Positions 50,930 through 64,000 of a stretch of 64,000 nucleotides of DNA are shown here, piece by piece (within the stretch, counting starts at the first letter, position 1; each line of letters opens with the position of its first letter). The position numbers and the translations under genes are program-made. This DNA is from Carcharhinus longimanus. Its lineage: Eukaryota. Under the pieces are notes generated by a model. That model was not told where the DNA came from. It saw only the letters and a list, made by a program, of their open reading frames with translations, and ran no database searches. The stretch spans positions 43,873,709 through 43,937,708 of the forward strand of contig JASCQW010000032.1 of assembly GCA_030264375.1 (NCBI GenBank), given 5' to 3'.

Positions 50930-52440
50930 GCAGCTCAAGGCATTCGCGTTGCAACATGTCTCCCTGGATGATGTTCTGAGGTATATTCATAGGTAACTAA
51001 TAATAATGCCCAGCATTGGATACAGGCTGACGCGAAGGGAAGAATCACCTTGTCTTCCTTCACAAGGCCCAAAAGAAGTTTGTGATCAGTTACTATAATG
51101 AAATGCTGACCGTGGACGTACTGGTGGAACTTTTTCCACCAGAAACACCATGGCCAATCTTTATTTTTGATCTGGGCATACTTTCTCTCTGCATCCGAGA
51201 TGTGTAAGCGATTGGACATTCTGCCCTATCATTTTGCTCCTATACCATAGGAGAAGGTGTCTCAGGTTACAATGAGTGGTCTCAGGGAGTCATAACGGGC
51301 TAGTATATTGGTTGACAGCAATTGCTGTTTGACACATGCAAAGGCTTCCTCTTGTGACCTTTTCCACAAGCATTTCTGTTTTTTTTTTTAACTATGTGGA
51401 GAGTAGCCAGTAGGATCGCCGTTCCGTATGAATTTTCCATAGTAATTTATGAAACCTAAGAAAGGCTTCAACTCTGTATGTTCCTTAGAGTCAGAGCTCT
51501 TCCTATGTCTTTACCTTCTCTTTGACAGGGTATAATCCACTTTTGTCAACTCTGTACCCAGTGTTGACAATTCCCTTATTTACCATGAACACACATTTTT
51601 CCTTTTAATCGGATGTCAGCATCAAATAAAATCCATAAGACCTCCTCCAAACTGTCCAAATGTTCCTTTGCAGTAGCTCCTGAGATTAAAACATCATCCA
51701 GATAGACTGCCACTCTGGGCACCCCTCGAAGGATGTTCTCCATCACCCTTTGAAAAATGGCACTTGCCAAAGACAACCCAAAGGGCAAATGAGTATTCTT
51801 GTGCACTTCTTTGAGAGTATTTATGGTGACATACTTCCTGGATGACACCTCAAGCACTAGTTGGAGGTAGGTGTGGCTCATGTCTAATTTGTAAAATATA
51901 TGATACCCAGCCAGCTTCGCATACAAGTTTTCTATGTGTGGCCAAGGGTATCTGTGTAAGCAGGAGGCTCTGTTGCTGCAAACTTATAACGGATGGACCA
52001 AATTGTTAGTTTTTAAAACTGAGATTGCTGGCATGGCCCATTCTGAAAATTGTACAGGGTACATAATGTCAAGTTCCTTTAGACATTCCAATTCAGCCTC
52101 TACTTTGGCATGTAGGGCAGAGGGGACCAATCGTGCTTTGAAGTATTTAGGTTGGGCTTCGCATAAATCTTGGCCCTAGCGCCTCTAATCTTCCTGAGGT
52201 CTTGGAACACTTCAGAATACTTCCCAATGACTTTGTATAAATTGCCACCACCCATTTTAAAGAACTGTTGCCAATACAGATTGATGGCCAGTCCCTTCCA
52301 AATAGTCTGGGCCCTGATCCTTGCACCACTAATAGGGGGTGTTCAACAGTCTGGTTGCCTGTGAGTAACTAGGGTTACAGTGGCCTCAATGATACGTAAA
52401 ACCTCCCTAGTACATGTAGCCTTAGTGTCCCAGTCTTAAA
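50930..52440 (-). mobile_element. Ty3/Gypsy pol remnant (protease end, RT, RNase H)
   Basis: LFGRDW, FYKLDMSHTYLQL, LPFGL..ASAIFQRVMENIL, VYLDDVLI, F.IVTDHKLL and IQCWALLL..YEY in broken ORFs. Confidence 0.9.
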
Positions 52441-52729
52441 AACAAAATGCTCAATTGAAACCTCCTGTCAAAGACCCTAGTGATGGGAGGGGACAACCAG
52501 ATAGGATACCAGAGGTGACTCTGAAGGGGAAGGCCACTGACCCAGACCGGTAAAGTAATGAAGATGGAAGGGTACCTGAGATGTGAATGAGTGGTATCCC
52601 CCAGATAAGGTGAAGGACTGGCTACTTTCAGGATGGGAGGTCAGTGGGTGAGAGATTCTAAAGTTAGGCACTGGAGGACCAACCTGACTGTTTCTCTCTC
52701 TCTCTGATCCCTCACAGTTACTGATGGAG

Positions 52730-53385
52730 ATCAGAATGGATCCAGTGGAGCTGGCAATTCTGCCAATTACAGCGCTGGAGGAGCAGAGACTCTAGCAGCA
52801 ATGAGCGATGACACTCAGGGGACAATCAGCACCTGGAGACGACAGGACAGGCTCAAGGCAACTGTAGCCAAACAGGGGGTTCGAATGTGAAGGAGACTGA
52901 GGGTTTACAGGACCCATTTGTTCTTCATGGAGCTGTCAGACAACATGTGTCACAAGAGACTCTGCCTCTCCAGGGAGAGGATGTGGTATGTATGCCATAT
53001 TCTGTCCAATTTGGTGCCATATGAAGGCAGAGGGCATCCTCCTCCTGTGACTGTGAAGGTCATAGCAACCCTCAACTTCTATGCTGTGTGTCCGTACCAG
53101 GGCTCCATGGGTGACATGTGGCATTTTAGTCATCTGCCCATAAATGCATCTGTGAGGCCACAGATGGACTCTGTAGAAGGGCATCAGACTTAATTTCAAC
53201 CTGGACTAAGTCCAGCAGGACAAGAAGTCTGTGGGATTCTTCACCACAGTGTGTCTTCCACAGGTGCAGGGGCGGTCGACTGTATTCATGTCACGACGCA
53301 GGTAGAAAATCCAGAGAGAATCGGGAAATGCAGGTTTCCATTTTTACTGTCCTTTTGTGGATGCCAAAAATCTGATTGCCACCAT
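52730..53385 (+). mobile_element. Harbinger (HARBI1-like) transposase 5' remnant
   Basis: FMELSDNMCHKRLCLSRE, PVTVKVIATLNFYA and PQVQG.VDCIHV motifs. Confidence 0.8.
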
Positions 53386-54291
53386 AATAATGCTGAACAC
53401 TGATAGATTCAGTTCCAGTTGTCACAAAACCTGGGCTATTGACTGAGAAAAAACGTAAACAGCATGCAATATAAATGTGAACTGCATAAAGGAAATCCTG
53501 CTTCCCTTAAAAACACAGCTCACAGATAATTTGTCCAGTTCATACAGGATTTAATATTTTGAAATGGTCATTGTTATGAATGTTGACTGTTTCGCTCCAC
53601 AGGCACTGCCTGATTATCTGAGTTCTTACAGCATTTTTGCTTCTTTATCAGATTTCCAGCATCTACAGTATTTTGCTTTGGTATTAATATTTTGAGTACT
53701 ATTACCTCAAATAGAAAAAGGAAGTATGAGAAAAAGTGGTAATAATTAAAAAAGAAAGGAGAAAGCTAAAATGCAGGACAGAAGTCTCANNNNNNNNNNN
53801 NNNNNNNNNNNNNNNNNNNNNNNNNNNNNNNNNNNNNNNNNNNNNNNNNNNNNNNNNNNNNNNNNNNNNNNNNNNNNNNNNNNNNNNNNNNNNNNNNNNN
53901 NNNNNNNNNNNNNNNNNNNNNNNNNNNNNNNNNNNNNNNNNNNAAAACTTGGATATACACTTGAACTACATGACTGTAGAACATGAGTTGGTGGTGAAAA
54001 AGTTTATTATTGTCACAAGTTGGCTTACATTAACACTCACACGAGGCTTGAGGTTCATTGGCTCTTGGAGATGCTGACCACAGAGCTGAAGACAAAGGTT
54101 AGTTTTAGTTTAATTAAATTAATTTTTAATCATGTTGAACATTTTTTGGGACGCAATTCGTGGGTCTTCATGGCACACCAGTGTGCCACGGCACTGTTGT
54201 AAAGAATACAGGCCCAGGGTCCTCAATATTTCCTCCCTCCTCAGGAATCAGTCCATTGAACCTTCTAGGCAAGTATATTCTTTTTTAGGGA

Positions 54292-54700
54292 AGGAGACTA
54301 AAACTGCACACAATATTCCAGGTGCAACTGCAGCAAGATTTCTTTACTCCTGTACTCAAATCCTCTGGCAATAGTGGCCAACATGCCATTTGCCTTTCTA
54401 ATTTCTTGTTGCACCTGCATGGTAACTTTCAGTGATTTGCAAACGAAGACATCCAGGTTCCTTTGGACTTCCCCATATTGCACCATTTAAGAAATGCTCT
54501 GCATTTCTGTTTTTCCGTCCAAATTGGATAATTAGATATGTTTCCACATTATATTCCATCTGTCATGTTCCTGACTATTCACTTAACCTGTCTAAATCCT
54601 CTTGAAACCTCTTAGCATCCTCCTCTTAACTCACATTCCTACCAAGTTTCACGTCAGCAGATAATCTGAAAATATTGTATTTCGTTCCCACATCCAAGTC
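54292..54700 (-). mobile_element. CR1 LINE fragment
   Basis: ORF VQQEIRKANGMLATIARGFEYRSKEILLQLHLEYCVQF. Confidence 0.85.
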
Positions 54701-55593
54701 CTCTCCAGTGTTAAGAACCCTGCCGATGTTAAATGTGAAGGTATCCCAAAACTTAGGTGGGGTAACTTGGAACACCAGCTCTTAGAGGTGTATATTTTCA
54801 ATTTAGTATTATATCAGAAAGATATGCAAACCAGAGAGGAATCTTGTTGTGATCAATTAAGAAAGAATATTTATTAACTTAAAAGAAAACACACAAGGAT
54901 TATTATACACCACAACAGTACATTTAACTAATGAAACCCCCATTGAAATTCCCCAGACAAGGTAAATCAGAAATACTCACCAGCTAATCTAATAAACTTT
55001 ACTATTAGTAAATCTCTTAATACTAGTAAAACCCTACAATTACTAAAAAGCCGAAGATGTGATAGATAAATGAGAAATTATTCACCAACTAAACAACTGT
55101 CTGTTTTCCTGTCATGTCACACTTGATTTTTCTCAGAACATGGTCAGTTTGCTTTGGAGTCACAGATTGGACTGGATTGAACTGTCCACCTCTTGCTCAT
55201 TTCTCTCAGTGCTGCTGGTTGTCATCTCACCCACTCCTTGAGGTACCTGCCTCAGTGGCCTCCTCAAATTGCAACATATGGCAAAACTCACTGATCGCTT
55301 CCTCTGCAAAGTGGAACTTCTGCAAGTACTGCTTCTAGGACAATCTGAGGTACGAGCACCTCACTGTATGTTCTGGTATAAGAATACTGGCAACTAGGTG
55401 TCATGTATAGTCTATGGCCTGGCATCAGATCATTACTCTTCCTTCATCTTTAAAAAGATACAGAGAAATATACGTGGGGCAAAACATTTCACCGTGGGGA
55501 GAGTTCGAAGCAATGAAGAAGTTTAACAGAGATGGATACAAAGCAGCCCTGGCATATAAAGGTACAGAGCTGCAACAGCAGCACAAACACAAT

Positions 55594-55800
55594 TGGCAGG
55601 ATTTTCCCATCCTTTCCACCTGCAGGATCTTCCACAACAGCTGAAGTCCATCCCTGGCACTGATTTCCCAGCAGCAGGGCAGACAAGCCATGCAAAATTC
55701 TATAGGCTTCCGCAGGATTGAAAGATTCCACTGGCGGCCAATTGAGAGCCGCCTTCACTGCAGGAAAACCCACCATGAGGGGGGCTCAAAAATCCAGGCC
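55594..55800. mobile_element. Non-autonomous Harbinger-like MITE
   Basis: Termini ggcaggatttt / aaaatccaggcc; related interior and right end at ~45860-46050. Confidence 0.6.
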
Positions 55801-56769
55801 AATATGACAAAAACTGCCAAATCTGAGTACAGAATGGGTTTTCTGTAAATTCTTAAGTATGTGCTAGTCTATCGAAATTGATGGCCATTTGGCAACGTTG
55901 GAAACATGTTTTACATGAACAAGAACATGTCTTGGCACAATAGAGATGTTAATGACAGGAAATAATATGTATAGAGTCACCACCTCTTATTTAAATATGT
56001 CCATCCTAAAATGGGCAAGTACAATGCTCTCCATTGTAAATACCAGGCAGACAATGGGATCAGTCCCAAGTGGAAAATCCTGGATAAAAAGTTTGCAGCC
56101 TTTTACCTGATATGCATATGAACTAATTTAGATTTTGAAGCATTAAGAGCAGGTCCAACTGCATTGCAAAATGAAGTGACAATTTTGAAAAAAATGCAAG
56201 TTGCAATAAACTGCATTTGCGGCAGTAAGTTACACCCACTGACGGTTGGCTGACTTGTATACCCCAGTACATTTTCATTATTCTCATTTTAATGTGTCCG
56301 CAATGTGCTTAGAAATTGGAATGCAGTCATTAACAAAGGAAATTCTGGTTGAAGATTGCTGATGGAACAGTAGGTAAGTAGCAAAGTGCTTGACTCACTT
56401 TAATCAGTTTTGGATTGGCTGTCTCATAAGTATTATTGTAATTTTTCAAGAATGAGCAGCTGGTAGAAGGGCATGTGAAAGGTGCAGAGGCATAAGAAAG
56501 AATGCACAACTTTAACAAGTTGGACCTGCAAACCCTCCTCGATGACATAAAACAAAGGGAACCCATGTCAAGTAGCATACAAAAAAACACTGTGTCATTT
56601 GGAGGAAATGGCACTGTCATTGAGTGTCAATGTTCACTCTTCCAGTGAGTATCAATTTCCACCCCAGAGCTCTAAGAGATATTTGGAATTGGATGCGGAA
56701 GCAGGGTTGGGGAGTTAGACTGGGATGCAACAAGCAGTGGGTTAAAGGAAGAGGATAGTGGTGCTCATT

Positions 56770-57135
56770 GGGGTGGTTCACTAGGCTGATACTGAGATGA
56801 GGGGGTTGGACTATGAAGAGAGGCCGAATAGACTGGGTCTGTACTCGTTGGAGTTTAGAAGGATGAGGGGGGATCTTATAGAAACGTATAAGATAATGAA
56901 GGGGATGGATAGGGTAGAGGTAGAGAGATTCTTCCCGCTCAGAAAGGACAGCAGGACTAGNNNNNNNNNNNNNNNNNNNNNNNNNNNNNNNNNNNNNNNN
57001 NNNNNNNNNNNNNNNNNNNNNNNNNNNNNNNNNNNNNNNNNNNNNNNNNNNNNNNNNNNNCATGATCTTACTGAATGGCAGGGCAGGCTCGAAGGGCTAG
57101 ATGGCCTACTCCTGCTCCTATTTCTTATGTTCTTA
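56770..57135 (+). mobile_element. Relatively young CR1/HER1 3' end (gap inside)
   Basis: GLDYEERPNRLGLYSLEFRRMRGDLIETYKIMKG and tail ggcctactcctgctcctatttcttatgttctta. Confidence 0.9.
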
Positions 57136-58199
57136 CGGTTGTTGACATTGTGAGCAGAGATCAGGGGTTGCAACTGGATGGGGGACAGGCAATGTTGCAA
57201 TTGGAGAGCTGAGATCAGACTCAGAGAGACGAGCAGCAGCTGGCAGCCACAGTGGTCCACGTAGCTTGAATGTGGAGCGTAGCCCTGTCTCTCTTGGTTC
57301 CATTTTCAGTTATGTATATTTTAAAATGTTTCCTTTTAGTCAGCAGCCCACAGCCATCTCTTTAAGGACCGCCTGTTACACCACATATGGACCTGGTTTT
57401 CCTGAACAAAGCGGCACCAGTGTTCGCTGCCTCAAGGCAATCTACATCATGCAGAGGGAGCCTCAAACAGTCATAATGCTCCTTATTTGCATATGTAAAG
57501 AAAATATTTTAGGCGTGAGCTTTTTTTTATATATACCAATAAGCTGGGTGGCACACTTCCGGCTTGTAATAGGCATGCACTTCCTGGCTGTCATATCTGG
57601 GGCTTAATCACTAGAAAAACAGGGACAGTGCCATCAAATGTTTGTGTCCTGGCCCTGAACAGATAAGTCCTTATTTCTCTTAAGGCTCCGTAGGGTAAAG
57701 TCTGTTCCATTTCCCAGCTGACTCCTTCCACCCCTGACTTAGCTACCATTGTGTGCCAATCCTCAGCAAACCTACTGCATTCCACTCTCATTAATAAACT
57801 ATGTTCCATTTCTCCCTGTTTTTTTCCCCCCATTTCTCAACTAAATAGAGACCATCGGATATCTATATAAAAAAGTCGTATTTTACAAAATTTCAATTCT
57901 TTTTTAAAAATCTCAATGATGACTGATCATAAGCTAGTCTTGGGGTGGGGAGGGCAGGGTTTGGTACAAGATAAGGCCCCACGTTCACACTGCTTTAGAA
58001 GCCATAATGCTTTCACAGATGATGTCACAGAGCAACATAAGGAATATACAATGCCTTCATAAACTTTTGAAATTAATGTATCCCCAATTATGCAATGACT
58101 TTATAAAATAGATCGGGATTCTGAAATAACAATTTTAAAAAGTGCTTACATTTTCCTTGCCCTTTGTTAATATGATTTTGGTCAAGTTTAGTTAAAAAT

Positions 58200-59500
58200 T
58201 TGTGTAATAATTGAAAATTTTTGCAGCAGCATATACTACAACAAAAATAACTGACTGTGAAGATGTAGGTAATAACAAGCTATTCCAATTGTTAGAAAAT
58301 CAGTAGGTAGTATTCTTCATTTTGCTGCCTTTTTTTCTTATTGGATAAATCAATACCATACTTTATTGCAAAAAGCCAAAGACAGAAACAAAAACAGCCA
58401 CCCAGAATAAGTAAAAGCTATCTCATTATTTGTGACTTAAAAAAAACAACTAGGGCACATTTCACAATCAATTGTGAGACCAAATGCATTTTTCTGAATA
58501 GAAAATTAACACACTTTCAAAGCAGGCGACTTGAAACAGAGAAGGTGCCAACTGCAGTTTGAGGGTATCTGAATGTGGTATATGCTGGTTTATGGTAAAG
58601 AGTTAACTTGTAGACAAAAAGGGAAGGGAGGTCGGCACCCAGCAGCCACTTGAATGAGAGTTTTTTTTTGTTTCCCTTGATGCATACCGAGCTCTCCGTT
58701 ATTAGTCTTAATGATGGAAAATTGTAGTGTTGATACAAATCTTTTTTTTAAAGCAATGGGCGGGAGCTCCATTTGTTAGTAAGTTCTTTGTGACTGAAAG
58801 CCATGGATTGTACATCTACTGCAGAAAAGGCTGGATGCTCTTTCCATAGCACAGCTAATTACTCCCACTGTGACCTTGCTGATCTGCAATGTCCCCCCCT
58901 ACATCTCATCTACACGCCTGCTTCTGTGTGTGCATGGTGTCAGAGAATATGAAAAACCATATAATGAAAGCAGTTTCATGATGGATAAAAGGCTACTGGA
59001 GTTGCACTTGGTACAAAGGAGGTTCAATTATATGAGTAATTGTGATAATTTAGCCCATTCATAGACCCTTACTTGATCAAGAATGAGACTCACAAAGGAA
59101 AATTACTTTAACAGGAAAGTAGAGAGAGGGGGGATGAAGAGGGAAGGAGGGGGAGAGGGGCTGCAGAGAGAAAAACAAGATGGAACAAGAAAATAGATAT
59201 ACAGAGGGAAGGAGAACCAGACACAGTACAACAGAGATGTGATAAAAGCTGACATGCAGCTGTGTTACACAATTAAATTCAATTTTTTTTAAGCAATTGA
59301 TGAATGCAACTACTGCAAATGTGCCTCAGTTAGCTATCATTTGTTGTTCCGTGACAGGAAAAGGATAATTACCTCTCAAAGTGAATCAAAAGACTGACAT
59401 GCCCTTTAGACACAGTCATGAATGCAGAGCTCGATAGAATGCTTGAATAAGAATTCTGGAGCTTTCTTTTCCTTTATCACTGAACAAATTTTGTTAGATA
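58200..59500. promoter_or_regulatory. Candidate Dlx1/2 enhancer URE2 orthologue
   Basis: Repeat-free unique block 0.8-2.1 kb into the intron following the VYFNGYHGD exon, where URE2 is reported in other gnathostomes; homeodomain cores (ctaattac, gagtaattgtgataattt). Positional inference only. Confidence 0.55.
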
Positions 59501-60332
59501 TAATGTAAGAACACCACCAGCAGATGCATTAAACCCTGGGAGTTCTAAGACACTAAGTAGCTTTATCTTTTAACTCTTCCAATCTGTAAAATAAAGCTGC
59601 ATTTGCATTTAATTTCTATTCTATCTGAGAATAGTTTTATATAGGCTAAATTTCTTTCTCTCAGGAGTGGCTTGATCTAGCAGATGCTGTGGCAGATTAA
59701 ATTTTAATAACTGTAATAACATACACCCACTGTATGCTACCAGAACCCATACAAGACATTCATTTGTAACAACATGAAATTCCCAATCATACTGTTATTG
59801 GAACAAATGAAAATCAAATTAACATAACTGATGCTGCTGTAAATTTCCTCGTGTTTTATTATGAAAGATCAGACTAATAGTACAATTCTCAATTATTTTG
59901 TTTTAAATAATTTCCCATTTGACGCTTTTTAAAAAAAACATGTTTGTAGCTGCTCTCCATTAAATGGTAAGAATGTAATATTCAGAAATTATATGTCCTA
60001 CAGGCTTTATTTGACTTTACACAGTACCCAGATGTCTTTTCAGAGATTTTTTTGGTTTAGAGAAGCACAAAATATATACACACAAGCATTGAAAACTAAA
60101 CAGTAGGTAAGTGCAAGGTACCTTATACACCTCCTACTCTTGCTATACAGACTGAGTCACTTTAGGTAATCTTCCTTGCTCAGGGAATAACATTATTGTC
60201 TGGCAGTTCAAATACTCCTATCAGACTGAAACGATGACCTCGTGTCATAAAACATGTTATCAACTTTATTCCACACCACCAATAACCTCTGTCCCATTAG
60301 ATTTCCCCCATGCCTGTCAGTACAAGACTTAC

Positions 60333-60496
60333 CTGATTGTATTTCCAATTACATTCAGCGGTGCTCCTGGCCTACAAACAGCAATTGCTTCATTTCTGCA
60401 TCTTCTGGCAACCTCCACCAGCTTTTGCCCCGATTTATCCACATTTCCGACCAAGAATGTTTCAGAGGTGTCACCGTGGTATCCATTGAAATACAC
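60333..60496 (-). CDS. METAP1D: METAP1D exon (164 bp): VYFNGYHGDTSETFLVGNVDKSGQKLVEVARRCRNEAIAVCRPGAPLNVIGNTI(S)
   Basis: Manual translation; GYHGDTS motif; AG acceptor at 60497-60498, donor GTAAGT; phase fits the exon starting at 19839. Confidence 0.97.
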
Positions 60497-61858
60497 CTTT
60501 CAACCAAAAATCAATATTGAGCAAAAATAAGCTTCTGTTAATAATTTATTTTTAAATGAACATTTAAGGATTTATAAACACAATGATGGATTTAAACATG
60601 GCTCAAAGTAATAACTTTCAAGAAGGATGGAGACGTCATTTAAAGATTGACATAGTCAGATTTACAAGAGACAGAAAGTCAGCTATATTATTCCCATCTC
60701 TACACATTGCCCACTACTCTTTCCTCCTGAATTCCCAGGGTATTCAGTTATTACTTCTATGGTCAGTTTTCAATGATTTATAGAAATATACAGAGCTTGA
60801 TATTGTTTCACTGAATGAATGAGAAATGTAGCACACGTGTCAAATTATTCTCTGTACATATATACCCTTTTCTCTGCACATGTGTATCCTATAGAATTAT
60901 TTATTACACTTTGTATCGCTTTTTTTTTTGAAACATAAATTTTAACTTCAGGTAATTTAACCCAAGATGTTTCAGCCTAAGTGTCCGTGACAATAAATAA
61001 TTGTGAAACAAAAGGCAATCAATTCATTTTCTGTCATGTAAATGCACTGGCTGTATGGTGCAAAACAATTGTGTTTATATCATCTTGGAATTTTAAAACT
61101 AATTTTAACAACACATTAAAATGAAAAGGGAAAGATGAAGTTATGTAACAGGATAGATTTAATATTGCCATCTAAGTGTTTATTCTAAAGAAAAATGCAA
61201 GAGATCAAGTTAAGAAAATTGGGTTTTTTTAAATTTATCTTCTGAGTCCAATCTACACATAATTATAATTGCATTACACTTGNNNNNNNNNNNNNNNNNC
61301 TATCTTTAATAAACAAGGAAGATATTGGTAGCAACAGTATTACTGTCCTAGGAGACTGACACATACAAGCTATGGCTGTCACTGAAGCCTATAATGACAG
61401 AGTATGATAATCACAGACCCCACTCAGAATCAGCAGGAACAGGAAGATCAAACTCTGCAGAGTGAAGGGAAAAATGCCAGGCTTCTGCACATTAGCTCAT
61501 CTCTCACATTCATCCAAAGAAGCCTCCCAACACTGCAGTGCTCTGCATTAACTACACAGTGGATCAATAACAATTACACCTTCTCAAGGGGACGACATGT
61601 AGCAGGATTGAGATGACATATCACTCTGCCTTGCATTGATCTTAGTGCATCTAACCTCATCCCCAAAATTTTAGGCAAACCTGGCTCGAACAGGAATAAA
61701 TAGAAAGGAAGAGGAAGGGGAAGCAGCTGCTCTTTCTTGCCCAGAAGTGAATTATATGCCCATCTGTACATTTCACATTCTCATCCAGAGTTTTTCCTGT
61801 TGCTGCTGGGGGTCAAAATGCTGATCAAAGCCTCATTAGTTTCCGACAAAATACTTAC

Positions 61859-61901
61859 TGTGACATCAATGTTGATAATGTCTCCACTTTGAAGGGGCTG
61901 A
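61859..61901 (-). CDS. METAP1D: METAP1D exon (43 bp): (S)QPLQSGDIINIDVT
   Basis: GDIINIDVT motif; acceptor tttctag, donor GTAAGT; phase 0 junction to the VYFNG exon. Confidence 0.95.
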
Positions 61902-64000
61902 CTAGAAAGATAAACATTAAGAAACCATAAGAGAAAATTTTGTACAAATCAGCATAATAAACAGGTTAATGGTAGTAGATTAGAATAGCCCAGCAATTAT
62001 TTATATTGAATGACTACATTAAATTGTAAGAAAATCAAGTGATGCTAAAAAACAATACAAACTCTGACTTTTTCTTTGGTACTTCATTAAAGGAACAATT
62101 TTCTGCGGTATGGCTGTTATATTAGTTATATTCAGACTTGCAGCTCTGAAAAGTAGTCTGAATAAGCCATTCATGCCAGCACTGCAAAAATATACAGATT
62201 TGTTCAAAAGTCTGCACTAAGCTTTATGAAAATAATATCACTGAAGAAAAATACAGAGTAGAAATGTTAAATATAAGCATTTTATCTGCGCTTTAGAACC
62301 TTACGTTATAGTTAAAGAATGAATTAAATGAAAGGAATTAAAAGTAAGTTAAGCAGTACTTCACAAACATTGATCTTTCTGATTATTCAGAGCTCCTTTC
62401 AGATTATTACAATACATTTCTAACACAGTGGAAACTATCAATAAGTTTATATTGTATTCTGCTTGGTGACAAAACACTGAAAATTGAGTAAAATTATAAT
62501 TATGTGTTTCCTCCTCTCAAGCTGCACATAGCTCTGATGAATCCACTGAACATCCAATTTACATATATTAAAATCATATAATGCTTCCAAAACTGAAAAA
62601 TTAGAAGCAAAAAAAAAATCAAGCAACCACTGTCAGTCTGTTGCCCTTACAGTTGAGGTTCACAGTTCATACCAGCAAAGAAGCAGCAATGGCAGAGGAC
62701 AATATTCACAATTTATATTAAGACCACAGTGCTGCCACATACATGAGGAAGATTAAGTTCTGTCAAGGAAGCAAGCTTTATTTGGGTAATAACAAACTAT
62801 TCTCATATTATGCCTTGAAATGCTCCCAATCATTAATCCTTCCAGATTACTGGCATATTTTTCCTAGTCACCGATAAACGTGAACAGATTTAATCAATTT
62901 CAGGCAGACCACCAGAGGAATAAATTTATTTTAGGAACTAGCCCTGCAGTATAGCTGAAAACTGGGAATTTTTGCCATAGATAGGAGTTTGTAATGGAAT
63001 ATACGAACATTGATAAACAGAAAAAGGTTCTTTGTCAACTTTTGTGAAAATTCTGCTCTGAATAGACCAATGTTCAGGCTGAAAACTGGTGCGTTTCTCC
63101 CCAGAGAAATAAGCAGGTTTTTCTGTCCAGATCCCCCCACACTTTGCCATTTTAAAATAGAGCAGCATGTTTTATGCCATCACTGAGAGGGGCATGTCCT
63201 AAAGACGATAGCAAACCCTGCTCTACGGAGATCAGGACCCTTTGTAAACAGGTGCCCTGATTTCAAAGCCACGTTAAAGACCCCTCTCCCCCATCATCGC
63301 TGGCATCATGATCCCCCCACCATTCAAATTGCCTGCATGGGTCTTTGAATCATTGACCCCTCTATCCTTCTGCCTGACGCCTGGACTTCAGAGCATCAGT
63401 ATCCCCCCCTTCCACTGTAGGCTCCATCCCCTGGCACTGCTAGGGGGCAATGCCCTTTGTCCCTGACCACCCATTTGCTACACTGGTCTCTGAGCCCAAG
63501 GTACAGTCAACATGTCTGGAGACCAGTAGTGATTCCAGCTGGCATTATATCACGCCAGCAAGTGGAAACAAATGACATTCCCAGAAGATACAGCAATAAG
63601 CTGGTTTTGAATAATTAATGAATGGCAATCAGGTTCACGCCCTCTCTGTGTGTGAAGCTGATGATGTCACCAGCAGAGGCTGGGAAGATCTCATTTTGTG
63701 ATCTCTCCAACACAAATCCTGTTATGACCCTCTCCCGAGGGTTTTCGGCCATAAGGAGATTTGCACCTGTGTTGAATGGCACCAGAAAGTTGCTTCCTCA
63801 TTGTCTCACACAACTGCAATATCTTGCATTCATAATATATAGACTGTCCACTAGACTGAAAGCATGTGATTTGCAGGGACTAAGAGTGTTACCAACTCAG
63901 GCTGAATACATTCCTGGAGGTTTCATCACATCCCCTCCTGTTAATAATTGCCCCACCCCACAAACGCCTGACACTGGTCACCCTACACATCCATCCTTGT

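Noticed and set aside
52918-53193. Host HARBI1 gene
   Set aside because: Fragmentary and frameshifted; one of several Harbinger remnants in the window.
61902-64000. Further upstream METAP1D exon (YPSPL...CHGIPD)
   Set aside because: Not found; it should lie beyond the right edge.

Overview
Eukaryotic, gapped vertebrate DNA, most likely a cartilaginous fish (shark/ray), judged from HE1-type V-SINEs, Deu-domain SINEs and CR1/L2/Rex1 LINE debris. The one host gene I can support is METAP1D (mitochondrial methionine aminopeptidase) on the minus strand. Six coding exons were read by hand (61901-61859, 60496-60333, 19839-19742, 9330-9283, 7904-7826, 7676-7592), all with GT-AG boundaries, matching phases and the five MetAP metal-ligand motifs intact. 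The 5' exons lie beyond the right edge. By known gnathostome synteny DLX1/DLX2 should lie beyond the left edge, and several repeat-free, TAAT-rich blocks look like Dlx1/2 enhancers (including a URE2 candidate near 58.2-59.5 kb). The rest is decayed mobile DNA: a Ginger2/KRBA2-like DDE transposon, Harbinger elements, a Gypsy pol remnant, LINEs, SINEs and a degenerate U2 snRNA copy with an internal duplication at the site used by U2-specific retrotransposons. I found no convincing intact novel system. The best leads are the interrupted U2 copy, the Ginger2-like element, tail-swapped SINEs and an unclassified duplicated coding-like segment at 38.7-41.2 kb. All family assignments are from recalled motifs, not database searches.
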